Notes under the pieces: generated by a model | Databases searched by the model: none | Told to the model about the DNA's origin: nothing | What the model saw: the letters and a program-made list of their open reading frames with translations, nothing else | Made by a program: the position numbers and the translations under genes | Shown here: positions 1-8,996 of the stretch, piece by piece | How positions within the stretch are numbered: position 1 is the stretch's first letter | Layout of the letters: every line of letters starts with the position of its first letter | Assembly (NCBI GenBank): GCA_030608075.1 | Contig: JAUWIU010000034.1 | Span: forward strand, 1 to 19,683 | Reading direction: 5' to 3' | Source: Phycisphaerae bacterium | GTDB lineage: Bacteria > Planctomycetota > Phycisphaerae > Sedimentisphaerales > Anaerobacaceae | DNA length: 19,683 nucleotides

Positions 1-10
1 CAGTCCAGGG

Positions 11-41
11 GAAATATTTTTTGTGTACCAAAAAATATTTC
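11..41. promoter_or_regulatory. Perfect 13-bp inverted repeat, GAAATATTTTTTG-tgtac-CAAAAAATATTTC. Candidate operator or protein-binding palindrome about 190 bp upstream of the flotillin gene.
   Basis: Read directly from the sequence. The two arms are exact reverse complements around a 5-bp spacer. They are AT-rich, so this is more likely a binding site than a stable terminator hairpin, and no T-run follows. Confidence 0.35.
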
Positions 42-156
42 ACAAGAACACAATATAACCCGTTCAATAACAAAGAGTTAAGGAGTATTAACCTAAACAG
101 ATACCCACAAATTATTCCGAAGAGGCAAAAAAACAAAAAAAAGTCAAAGAATTTTG

Positions 157-183
157 TTGACATTCTTGTCGGGCGAATAGAGT
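157..183 (+). promoter_or_regulatory. Putative sigma70-type promoter for the flotillin gene: TTGACA (157-162), 15-bp spacer, TAGAGT (178-183).
   Basis: The -35 hexamer is consensus. The -10 is weak and the spacer is short. A good RBS (AAGGAG) sits at 221-226 ahead of ATG 233. Confidence 0.25.
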
Positions 184-232
184 CTGTCGGGGTGATGTCC
201 TTAACCAACCGTTAATTTGAAAGGAGAATATT

Positions 233-1747
233 ATGCAGCCTACGTGGGAAGCGATACAGGCAGGAGGAAAGGTGAAAGCCATTCTGGTTATTGTGGCTGT
301 GGTTGTTGTGATTGTGGTTGCCCTAATCGGGAGTTCGTTAGTGAACATCGGGGGAAGTCAGGTGGGAATTGTCGAGAAGAAGCTGGGCGGCGGCAGCCTT
401 CCACCAGGCCGAGTCATCGCCGTAAAAGGCGAAAACGGCATCCAGGCACAAATTCTTTATCCCGGATGGCACTTCTTCTATTGGCCCTGGCAGTACAACA
501 TCATCAAGATGCCTATGGTTGAAGTCAAGGAAGGCTTCGTCGGTCTCCTGCAGGCCGCCGACGGCAGAAGTCTGCCCCGCGGAACAATCTATGCCCCCGA
601 GTGGACCGAGCCGGACAAAATGCGAAACGCCGAATATTTCCTCGACCCGGCAAAAGGCAACGGATACAAAGGCCCGCAGCTTTCGGTTCTAAAACCCGGA
701 AGATACCCGCTCAATACCAAACTCTTCAACATTACGCAGGTAGCCGTTACCAACGTCAGGGTCGGCACAGTAGCGGTCATAAAAAGCAACGTCGGTGACG
801 TCGTTGAAACGGAAGAGCGGCTTGTCGAAAAAGGCCAGAGGGGTATCTGGAAAAGACCGCTCAGCGAAGCTCAATACTACCTTAACACAAATGCCTACGA
901 AGTCACTATAGTGAGCATCCGTCAGACAAAAGTAAGTTATACCGCCGGAATTGAGCGTGGCGAACGAGGCAAAGACCAGCCGCTCAAGCCTATCACCGTT
1001 CGCAGCAAAGACGGCTTTACCTTCCCCGTTGACGTTCGCATCACCTACAGAATCGACCGTGATAATGCCCCTCGTGTCGTCGCCACCGTCGGCGATGACG
1101 AGCTCGTGCTGGACAAGCTGGTAACACCTACGGTCAGGGCGACTTTCAGAAACAACGCCGAAAAGGTCAAGGCCCTCGAATATGTTCAGAACCGCTCAAA
1201 GCAGGAAGAGCAAATCGAGTTAATGCTCGCAAAGGAACTGAACAAATACGGCGTGACGGTTCTTGCCGTCCGTATCGGCGACGTCGGAGATGAAAAGACT
1301 CTCGGTGCACTGCTGAAAACTCAGACCGACCGTGAAATTGCTCTCCAGGAGCAGGCCACCTTCGAGGAGCAGCAGCGGGCGGCAGAAAAGAAAAAGGCCC
1401 TTGCCAGGACCCAGCAGGAAGCCGAGGAAGAAAAACGCCTCGCACCCGCTGCGTATGGTGTAAAAGTCGCCGAGCAGGATAAACAGAAAAAGATTATTGC
1501 CGCAGGCGCCGAAGCCGAGATGATTAAGATAACCGCCCAGGCCAGGGCACAGGCCTTCGAGTGGATTTCCAAAGTGATTGGCTCAAACAATGCCGCCCTT
1601 ATTGAGATTATGAAGGTCGTCGCCACCGACAATATCAAGATTACCCCTGAGGTAATGGTCGGCGGCTCCGGTGGCGGTGCTGTCGATGCCCTGATGGGCA
1701 CTATTCTCAAGGGAATGCTCGAGAAAAGCGAAACCGGCAAAAAGTAA
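233..1747 (+). CDS. SPFH/Band-7 family membrane protein, flotillin-like (YqiK/FloT-type), 504 aa.
   Basis: ATG preceded by AAGGAG. N-terminal hydrophobic TM segment (AILVIVAVVVVIVVALIG). The SPFH domain is followed by a long charged coiled-coil region rich in E/A/K/Q (EQQRAAEKKKALARTQQEAEEEKR...AEAEMIKITAQARAQA), typical of bacterial flotillins. Ends with a Gly-rich tail. Confidence 0.85.
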   Translation: MQPTWEAIQAGGKVKAILVIVAVVVVIVVALIGSSLVNIGGSQVGIVEKKLGGGSLPPGRVIAVKGENGIQAQILYPGWHFFYWPWQYNIIKMPMVEVKEGFVGLLQAADGRSLPRGTIYAPEWTEPDKMRNAEYFLDPAKGNGYKGPQLSVLKPGRYPLNTKLFNITQVAVTNVRVGTVAVIKSNVGDVVETEERLVEKGQRGIWKRPLSEAQYYLNTNAYEVTIVSIRQTKVSYTAGIERGERGKDQPLKPITVRSKDGFTFPVDVRITYRIDRDNAPRVVATVGDDELVLDKLVTPTVRATFRNNAEKVKALEYVQNRSKQEEQIELMLAKELNKYGVTVLAVRIGDVGDEKTLGALLKTQTDREIALQEQATFEEQQRAAEKKKALARTQQEAEEEKRLAPAAYGVKVAEQDKQKKIIAAGAEAEMIKITAQARAQAFEWISKVIGSNNAALIEIMKVVATDNIKITPEVMVGGSGGGAVDALMGTILKGMLEKSETGKK

Positions 1748-1804
1748 AATCTTGAGCTGACGATAATCTTGGTGCGGGCCAATGATGAGCGACCTTATGG
1801 TCTG

Positions 1805-3342
1805 TCAGCGGTCGGTGTAAATCAAATTCAGTTCCATGTTCGGCTTGTTTTGCTGCTGCCAGAGTTTCAGCAGCGCCATCATCATTGTGTCGGCACGCGT
1901 GATGGCCTCATAATGAGCGAAACCGGCCGCCACACGAGGCAGCGGCGAAACATCCAAAAAGCTCGCAATCCCGAGCCGAGCGAAGTAATCCGCACGTTCA
2001 AGATACTTCTTCTCCCCCGAAAACTCATAAGCCACCGTCATCAGCAAGATAACATCCCCGATAATCCCCGGCTTTCGTATGGCCTCCGCCGGAGGGTCAC
2101 TCTTTAGATACCGCAGCGCGCAAGCCGTAATCAGCCGCTTATAACCATCCCGAATCCCTCCAGGGCGAAGCTGCCTCCACCGCTCGTAACATATCATCGC
2201 AACCTGTGCCTCTGTCGCCTTGCCGTAGCTGAAGTCCCAGATTGGACAATAGGAACGCCCCTTCGCAAACGGCTTCATCGTACTGACCCCTCCAAGGTCC
2301 ACAAACAAGTGTTCCGAGTCTTCAGCCAGCCCTTCGTGGAATTTCAAAAAGTGTGTATCCTCCGTATGCGCAAAATCCAGCATCATTTTTGAAAGCTCTG
2401 GCTGCACGAACTTCGCCGCCTCATGCAAATCAATCGCCAGCGACAACGTCCCCGCCACGTGAGAATGAAGCCCGCCGATGCGGGGGTCGTGCTTTAGGTT
2501 GATATCTTCACCTGTGATGTCACTGAGCCAACTGTTCACCGAATTGGCGTTGCGGTCACTCGGCAGAAAATTCGTAATCGGATGTCGGCTCGCTTCCTTG
2601 AAAATCAGTACCCTCTCTATCGCCTTCAAAAACACAGGGTCCTTCGTCACATGATATGCCTGTCCCCAGGTCGCAATATAGAATCCCGCATGCCGCGAGA
2701 TATTACAGCGTCGGCCCGGACCGTGCTGCGACCATTTCGCGTGACGATTGAAATCGCCTGAGTGATTGTAGACCTGATGGTCCCACAGGCCCCTGGCAAA
2801 CTTTTCGCAGGCTTTTGGCGCCAGTTCAAACGACCGCTCCCACAACACCCAAGGCCGGTAAAATTCGTGAACGTCCCGACCCCGGCAGACCTCCGCAGCA
2901 ACATCCCAGTGCAGGTGCTCGCCCCAGGCGAACAGACTCGTTTTCGGGCTTTGACAGTTCTCGAAGAACCACTTCAGCGCTTTATCCGCCTGGCGTTCGT
3001 ACTCCTTGTCCCCGGTCAGTTTAGTCAGGGCGTACAATATCTGGTAGAGGTTCAGGTCATGATGGGGGTTTGCTCCGAAGGCCCTGTCGCCCTGCCGAAT
3101 ACCCTGTCCCTTTAGTTCGCGACGGACGAATTGATACGTCTTAAGGTCGATGTCTCCTGCCAGAAACACCGGCGATTTTTCGCTGCCGTATGTATCGCGT
3201 CCGCGACTCAGCATCGTGTCGGCATAGGCCCTTACAGCTTGAAGGTATTCCTGATGGCTCGCTCCGGACACCTGCCCGCAGACCGCAAGGCCAATTAGGA
3301 AAATAAATGCACACGTCAAAGCCAAAAGATTAATGGATTTCA
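1805..3342 (-). CDS. Secreted hypothetical protein (~512 aa) with N-terminal signal peptide; function unknown.
   Basis: Long ORF on the minus strand. The track start at 3418 is replaced by ATG at 3342, which has an AGGGAG Shine-Dalgarno 7 nt upstream and immediately encodes MKSINLLALTCAFIFLIGLAVCGQVSG (signal peptide). No recognizable catalytic motif that I can name with confidence. Confidence 0.7.
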
Positions 3343-3515
3343 TTTGCAGCTCCCTTTCGCAGAAGGCAGTTTTGTTTTCGCTTATGAGATATTTATCAGG
3401 GCCGACAGATTTTGTCAACCTGTTAGCTGGGCCACTGCCGATGTCGTTCCGGCTTATCGGTCAAGGCCGATTTTCCCCAGCGCCCGCAAAGCGTGCTATG
3501 ATTATGTGTTTTTGA

Positions 3516-3544
3516 TTGTCTATCGGGCTGAGCCGTGCTATATT
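3516..3544 (+). promoter_or_regulatory. Putative sigma70 promoter for the E2 gene: TTGTCT (3516-3521), 17-bp spacer, extended -10 TGcTATATT (3536-3544).
   Basis: Hexamers and spacing read from the sequence. Lies ~95 nt upstream of ATG 3638 in a divergent intergenic region. Confidence 0.35.
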
Positions 3545-3637
3545 CACCCGATTATAACGAACAACAGTGTTTCGCAGGACAGCACAAGGCCAATTGCTTT
3601 TGGCATGTATTGACTCTGATTTGTGGGAATTCTGTAA

Positions 3638-4711
3638 ATGGCGATTGAAGTAAAATTACCACGCCTCGGCCGAACAATGGAAAACGGCACGATTGTCGAT
3701 TTATTCGTCAAGGTCGCAGACCAGGTCAAGAAAGGAGATGTAATATTTGAAGTCGAGACCGACAAGGCCGCCGTTGAGGTCGAATCGCCTGCCGACGGCT
3801 TCGTAAAGTACATCGCCGCCGAACTCGGCGGGACACTGTCTGTCGGCGACCCGGTGATGGTGCTGGGCGATAAAAATGAAAAACTGCCGCAAAGCCTTAT
3901 CGATTCCGTGAACAAAGCCATCGCCGCCTCAGCCGCAAAGGCCGCTGCCGATGAGACCGAACCCGTTTTCGCTGACCCAGGCGCTGAATCCGCCGAGGCG
4001 GCTGTCGCGCCAATTCCTCTATCGCAGGCCAAACTCGGAGCAACCGTTCCGCTCGGCAGAATTCAGAAAATAACCGGCCAAAAAATGCTCCGCTCAAAAC
4101 GCGAAATACCCTGCTTTTACCTCAATGCAACAGCCGACGTTACCGACCTCGTTGGATTCAGGGCCGAATTGAACAGCTCCGGCGAGGAAAAAATCTCTTA
4201 CAATGACTTCATCCTTCTGGCACTCGGAATCGGCTTACAAAAATTCCCGATTATGACGGGCGCCTTATGCGGCGACGCTATCCGGCTGGCCGACAGCATC
4301 GATATCGGCTTGACCGTTTCAGTGCCCGACGGCCTGGTCGTGGCGGTCGTCAGGGATGTGCCCAATAAGGGTCTCCGCCGACTCGCACGCGACACTAAGA
4401 CGTTGATTGAAAAGGCCCGCAGCAGCAAGCTCTTACTTGCCGACCTCGAAGGCGCCTGCATTACCGTCAGCAATCTCGGTACTTTCGGCGTAGACTCTTT
4501 TATCCCCGTGGTTGTGCCCGGCCAATGCAGTATCTTAGGCGTCGGCACGATTGTAGACACCGCCGTGGCACAGAGCGACGGCGATATTGCAATTCGTAAA
4601 TTAGTCAACATGACCCTCTCTGTGGACCATAGGGTAGCTAACGGCGCTTATGCAGGGCAATTTCTGGATTTCGTACGCAAACTCCTCGAAGACAGAAACA
4701 ATTTCGCATAA
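3638..4711 (+). CDS. Dihydrolipoamide acyltransferase (E2 component of a 2-oxoacid dehydrogenase complex), 357 aa.
   Basis: N-terminal lipoyl-attachment domain with the hallmark VETDKA motif (Lys is the lipoylation site). Ala/Glu-rich linker. C-terminal catalytic acyltransferase domain with the conserved DHRVANG motif (catalytic His). No obvious peripheral-subunit-binding domain. Confidence 0.85.
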   Translation: MAIEVKLPRLGRTMENGTIVDLFVKVADQVKKGDVIFEVETDKAAVEVESPADGFVKYIAAELGGTLSVGDPVMVLGDKNEKLPQSLIDSVNKAIAASAAKAAADETEPVFADPGAESAEAAVAPIPLSQAKLGATVPLGRIQKITGQKMLRSKREIPCFYLNATADVTDLVGFRAELNSSGEEKISYNDFILLALGIGLQKFPIMTGALCGDAIRLADSIDIGLTVSVPDGLVVAVVRDVPNKGLRRLARDTKTLIEKARSSKLLLADLEGACITVSNLGTFGVDSFIPVVVPGQCSILGVGTIVDTAVAQSDGDIAIRKLVNMTLSVDHRVANGAYAGQFLDFVRKLLEDRNNFA

Positions 4712-4811
4712 ATCGCGGGTTTGAACAGTGCAGATGGAAAGATTTTAGCTTACGATAACTTCTTGCATAAGATGACGTTCTCACATCGGAGCACTTTTGC
4801 AGGACGGCTTT

Positions 4812-7205
4812 CTATTCCGTGCTGCGCTGCAGAGTGGCGGTCATCACATCGTCGATTCGGTATATGACCTGCGGACAAGGCTCTTCCGTATTCGGTAGGT
4901 CCTGCTTAGAGACCACACTGCGATACTTGGTCGTCTTGCTGCCCGTGCGGAAGGAAAGGCCATATACCATAGAGGACGGTTCTGCGAACCTGGCGTCTTT
5001 CAAGACCTCGCGGCCGTTCACGGCGAGCGTGTACTTGCCGGTCGCGCAATCAGCACGGATTTTAAACCTCTGCCACACATCGGCTTTGTAAGGCATGATA
5101 TCAACCAGTGTTATCTCCGGTTTCCCATCTGAAAAACGTCGATTAAAATCAAAAACCCTGTAGTTTTTCGGGAGTGTGCTCGGGTTGTGGCTCAACGCCG
5201 CGGCCAGCACAATGGTTTTTGTCCGGCCTTGCCACTTCCAGAAAAGGCGAAGCGCAGCCTTACCATGTAACGTCATGAATTCCAGGGTGGTCGGTATCTT
5301 CGAACCTTTCGTCATGGTGGCTTTGCCCGAGCGCGGCCCGTCTTTCGAGAGCCCGTCGATAACGACCTTGTCGGCGATTTTTAGGCGCAGCCCATCGACA
5401 GCTTCAGCGGCAAAGGTAACCTCACCGCTATATGAGCCCCGGATAAAACCGGTCCACCTGGCGCTCCAATTCCGGCCCCGGTTCTTGGCCCAGTGCTGGT
5501 CAACACTGAACAGGAAATCGACACTATCCTCAGGGTCATCAAAACCCACGTTGTTGAAATAAGTGCCGACAAGGCCCGACCCGGGGGGATGTCGTGCCGT
5601 TGATTGCTCCGGTTTTTGTCCCTTAACGGCCTGTATCTGTCCCTGGTCGTTGAGGACAACAACCACCGGACACGTGCCTAACTCACCCAGAAGTTCGATT
5701 TTGAGCTGTCCGCGGTCGGCCTGGGCGGCGTTCACGCCGAAGGACACGTCCACGGATTTGCCGGGCGGGAAGGTGCGGATAGCGCGGGCGTAGTCAACCG
5801 GTTCACGGTCCTTTAGCTCCAGGTAGTGGTTCGTCGTGGCCGACTCCGCGGCAATGCAAACGGGGGCCCAGAGCGGCGAGTACGTGTTCCAGCCTGGGAC
5901 ACGGGGGCCGAGCGCGATACCGTCGAAGGTATCGTGGACCGGCTCCTGAGTTGCGGCCACAATCGGTACGGGGATGCGGCTGACCCAGATGTCCTCCTTG
6001 TTCACGCTGTAGATGACCCAGATGGAGTCCTTGTCCAGGCTCGGTGCGTCGCCTCCCCATTCGGCGACCCCGCGCAGGTACTGGGGGCCGCCACCCTTGG
6101 CTCTGCCCTGATAACGCTGGCGTGATACCTCGCCGTGAATTACTCGCATATTGCCGAAGGTAATGCAGTCATCGCTGGTGGTAACCGCCATTGGATAGCG
6201 CTGACTGCGTTGTGGGATATAAATCATTGCGTAGCGGCCATCGGGCGTCTTCTGGGCCCACAGCTTTCCGCTGCCGCCCACGACTCCTTTGGGAACCACC
6301 GGCAGCGACCAGGTTTTTCCTTCGTCGGTCGATTGTGTCGCAAACCCCATTTTGCAGAGACCCACCAGCGTACCATCCTTGCGATGGAAGAAACACAGGG
6401 CCTTGCCGAATACCCAGAAATCACCCACACCGCCGAGCTTGCCGCCAGGCCAGTGCTTCTCGTCGTGCCATTTCATACGCCGCTTGCCCAGGAACACGCC
6501 ATAATCCTGCTGTTCGAGCAGAGGCCGGTTGTTGACCGCTTCGCGGCAGGCAGACACAAAACCGGTGTCTTCGCACTGCTCATAGAAGGCCGGATAGTTC
6601 GGGCCGGGCTTAATCAGCGTATAGACCCTGCCTAAGCGATGGTCGGTCGTAATCTCGCGAACCAGCAATGTGTCCTTCTCGGACTCACGGATATCGTCGG
6701 TCGGGTAGGCACCGCAGGCAAAGGTAAGCATACGGTCATTGGAGGCCTGGTAGAAATAGAACCGAAGGTTATAGGCCTGGCCGTAAGGAAACAAATCCCG
6801 AGGCTTCGACCAGGTGAATCCGTCTGTGGATGTGGAGTAGACGACGTGGCAGGGGGGGATGTCTTCGTCCTTGTGGGTCATGTCCCAGACCGCGTAAAGC
6901 TGTCCCTTCCAGCAGCCGATGCCTATATGGTGCTGATAGGTCCAGCCCAGATGGTTCTCCGGGTCGCCGGGGAAGGAAGGTGGGTGCTTGCGGTTGGCAC
7001 GGCTGAGCTGGATGTTCTGCACGCCCGGACTATAAATCAGGTGGCCGTCGGGCGCCCAGCGGTCCGGCAAGCCGGGGCCCAAATATTGTAGGGGCAGTTC
7101 AGCCCCGCCCGGTACGGAACCAGCAGCCCAGACCAGAGAGGCAAACACAAAAACGCCCACACTCACAAGCGTTAACCACGAGGAACGCGGTAATGATTCC
7201 GTCAC
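4812..7205 (-). CDS. Large secreted protein (797 aa): sialidase-like BNR/Asp-box beta-propeller region plus a PA14 carbohydrate-binding domain and a C-terminal beta domain.
   Basis: GTG start with GAGGTG Shine-Dalgarno 7 nt upstream. Signal peptide (WLTLVSVGVFVFASLVWAAGS). Asp-box motifs STSTDGFTWS and QSTDEGKTWS (S-x-D-x-G-x-T-W). PA14-like segment (GTYFNNVGFDDPEDSVDF...NWSARWTGFIRGSYSGEVTFAAEAVDGLRLKIADKVVIDG). Confidence 0.8.
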   Translation of the reverse strand: MTESLPRSSWLTLVSVGVFVFASLVWAAGSVPGGAELPLQYLGPGLPDRWAPDGHLIYSPGVQNIQLSRANRKHPPSFPGDPENHLGWTYQHHIGIGCWKGQLYAVWDMTHKDEDIPPCHVVYSTSTDGFTWSKPRDLFPYGQAYNLRFYFYQASNDRMLTFACGAYPTDDIRESEKDTLLVREITTDHRLGRVYTLIKPGPNYPAFYEQCEDTGFVSACREAVNNRPLLEQQDYGVFLGKRRMKWHDEKHWPGGKLGGVGDFWVFGKALCFFHRKDGTLVGLCKMGFATQSTDEGKTWSLPVVPKGVVGGSGKLWAQKTPDGRYAMIYIPQRSQRYPMAVTTSDDCITFGNMRVIHGEVSRQRYQGRAKGGGPQYLRGVAEWGGDAPSLDKDSIWVIYSVNKEDIWVSRIPVPIVAATQEPVHDTFDGIALGPRVPGWNTYSPLWAPVCIAAESATTNHYLELKDREPVDYARAIRTFPPGKSVDVSFGVNAAQADRGQLKIELLGELGTCPVVVVLNDQGQIQAVKGQKPEQSTARHPPGSGLVGTYFNNVGFDDPEDSVDFLFSVDQHWAKNRGRNWSARWTGFIRGSYSGEVTFAAEAVDGLRLKIADKVVIDGLSKDGPRSGKATMTKGSKIPTTLEFMTLHGKAALRLFWKWQGRTKTIVLAAALSHNPSTLPKNYRVFDFNRRFSDGKPEITLVDIMPYKADVWQRFKIRADCATGKYTLAVNGREVLKDARFAEPSSMVYGLSFRTGSKTTKYRSVVSKQDLPNTEEPCPQVIYRIDDVMTATLQRSTE

Positions 7206-7456
7206 GATAAGGCACCTCGCGTTTGGTTTTTAAGAAGGTAGCGATATTCTTTTGTCAGCAATCCACAGGGGAAAAACGACCCCGCCTACGGTATTATAAC
7301 TTCTTTTTATCGGCTCGTCCAATAAATTAGGTAAAGTTTTTCTCATTTCTTTGCCGAATAAGACTAATGAGCCTCTAACTGTTTTCAGGGTTGAAAAGCC
7401 GTTTTTCTCCCAGGAACTTAGCTTTTCGGTGTGTTTCTGAATGGTGGGAAGGAACT

Positions 7457-8674
7457 ATGAGAACTATTGCAGTTGTGAATCAGAAAGGTGGTTGTGGAAA
7501 GACAACGGTATCGATAAACCTGGCAAGTGCGATTGCTGAGCTGGGATACAGGACCCTGCTGGTCGATATGGACCCGCAGTCGCACTGCGCAGTCGGCCTT
7601 GCCGTGCCGGAGGAGCAAATCGAGCAGAGTATCTACGATGTGCTTATAAGCAACAGTCGAAACGAGCCGATAAGGCTCGCCGAAATACTCTGGCAGATTG
7701 GCGACAAGCTGGAGCTGGCGCCGGCCAGTATAGACCTGTCTGCATTCGAGCAGCAGATGTCAGGTATTCTCGACCGCGAATACTGCTTGAAAAATGTTCT
7801 CAACAACGTGAAAAACGAATTCGACTACGCAATAGTAGATTGCCCGCCGGCGGTCGGGTTGTTGACATTCAATGCCCTACGGGCCGCAAGTGATGTTATT
7901 GTTCCCGTCGAGACCGGGTATTTTGCTCTGCACGGGTTGAGCAGACAGCTCGAAACGCTCAGCATACTTTGCAAACGCTGCAAACAAAATGTCAACGTAG
8001 GGGTTCTTGCGAGCATGTACGACATCAGGACAAGGATGGCCAGGGAAATTCTCGCTGAACTCAGAGAACACTTTGCCGACAAAATGCTCTCTACAATTGT
8101 CAATTTCAATACCAAGCTCAAGGAAGCCGCCAGTCTGGGCCAACCAATCAACGAATACGACCCTCTCAGCAAAGGCCAGACCAATTTTCGCGCATTAGCC
8201 GAGGAAATTACAGGCTCCCAGGCCAAGCAGCAGCGCCACGAGTATGTCAACTCGTTAGCCAACCAGCTTGCATCCATTAGTGCAACCGCTGATGAGTTGC
8301 TCCAGGCCGCAAAACCCCAAATAAAACCTGTCGAAACCTCCCCACAAACGGAAACGGCAAAGCAGGCAAAAACCGACGCAAAGCTCTCCGATTACTACGG
8401 CGTCACCCAGGTAAATAACGCAGTAGTCTTCGTTACCTTGGATCCTCGCGCCCAAAAAGTCCAGCTCGCCGGTGATTTCAATGATTGGCAGCCGGGCGAA
8501 AATGAATTGCAGAAGGTGGGTGATACCGGCGTCTGGCAGACAAAAATAAAACTGCCCGTGGGAAAATATCGCTATCGCCTCGTTGTAGACGGACAGTGGC
8601 AGCAGGACCCATATAATGAGCAGACAGAACTAAATCCGTTCGGCGACCTCAATTCCGTCCTTGATGTAAAGTAG
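7457..8674 (+). CDS. ParA/MinD/Soj-family P-loop ATPase fused to a C-terminal AMPK-beta-type glycogen-binding domain (CBM48), 405 aa.
   Basis: The track start at 7391 is a TTG. In-frame ATG at 7457 has a GGAAGG RBS. N-terminus carries the deviant Walker A motif NQKGGCGKTT and ParA-like motifs (IVDCPPAVGLL, VIVPVETGYFALHGL). A Q/A/K-rich linker follows. The C-terminus is FVTLDPRAQKVQLAGDFNDWQP...GKYRYRLVVDGQWQQDPYN...FGDLNSVLDV, which closely matches the AMPK beta-subunit / isoamylase N-terminal glycogen-binding fold (GxFNxW ... Y.Y.F.VDGQW..DP). Confidence 0.85.
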   Translation: MRTIAVVNQKGGCGKTTVSINLASAIAELGYRTLLVDMDPQSHCAVGLAVPEEQIEQSIYDVLISNSRNEPIRLAEILWQIGDKLELAPASIDLSAFEQQMSGILDREYCLKNVLNNVKNEFDYAIVDCPPAVGLLTFNALRAASDVIVPVETGYFALHGLSRQLETLSILCKRCKQNVNVGVLASMYDIRTRMAREILAELREHFADKMLSTIVNFNTKLKEAASLGQPINEYDPLSKGQTNFRALAEEITGSQAKQQRHEYVNSLANQLASISATADELLQAAKPQIKPVETSPQTETAKQAKTDAKLSDYYGVTQVNNAVVFVTLDPRAQKVQLAGDFNDWQPGENELQKVGDTGVWQTKIKLPVGKYRYRLVVDGQWQQDPYNEQTELNPFGDLNSVLDVK

Positions 8675-8764
8675 CTATCACACGCCAAAAGGGGTTCATC
8701 TGTAGTTTGTACGTAGATTTTTCTGCCCTTTTGCCACGCTTTCCCTCTAATAACCCATGTTGCC

Positions 8765-8858
8765 CCCCTGTCATTCCCGCGAACCCCTGTCATTCCCGCG
8801 AACCTATGTCATTGCCGCGAAACTTGTCCTGAGCGGAGCCGAAGGAGCGGGAATCCAG
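8765..8858. repeat. REP/BIME-like intergenic repeat. Three tandem ~19-bp units CCCTGTCATTCCCGCGAA (8765-8821), of which the third carries the left arm of a hairpin ATTCCCGC...GCGGGAAT. Homologous to the element at 12905-12956.
   Basis: Direct and inverted repeats read from the sequence. A 50-bp segment (TGTCATTsCsGCGAAACTTGTCCTGAGCGGAGCCGAAGGAGCrGGAATCCAG) is shared between the two loci. Confidence 0.6.
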
Positions 8859-8909
8859 ACTCTCGGCCGGCCATCGAGATAACCGCAGCAATTTCCAACT
8901 TTCAGGCAA

Positions 8910-8938
8910 TTGACCGGCACGCGGTTTTTCATTATCAT
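8910..8938 (+). promoter_or_regulatory. Putative sigma70 promoter of the sugar ABC operon: TTGACC (8910-8915), 17-bp spacer, TATCAT (8933-8938).
   Basis: Hexamers and spacing read from the sequence. Lies ~60 nt upstream of ATG 8997. Confidence 0.4.
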
Positions 8939-8996
8939 TCTACTGTTGAGTTGGTTGTCGAGAAAATCTGATGCCGTCTTATGCGGAAGATAAACT

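Noticed and set aside
112-522. ORFs 112-348 (-) and 217-522 (+) overlapping the flotillin start.
   Set aside because: They are alternative-frame readings of the Val/Ile-rich TM-coding repeat (gtggttgt...) and the Gly/Arg-rich shadow frame. The flotillin frame has the RBS and a coherent domain structure.
4797-4826. Hairpin GCAGGACGG-ctttctatt-CCGTGCTGC between the convergent E2 and BNR/PA14 genes as a bidirectional terminator.
   Set aside because: The stem has a mismatch, overlaps the stop codon of the minus-strand gene and has no flanking T- or A-run. Too weak to call.
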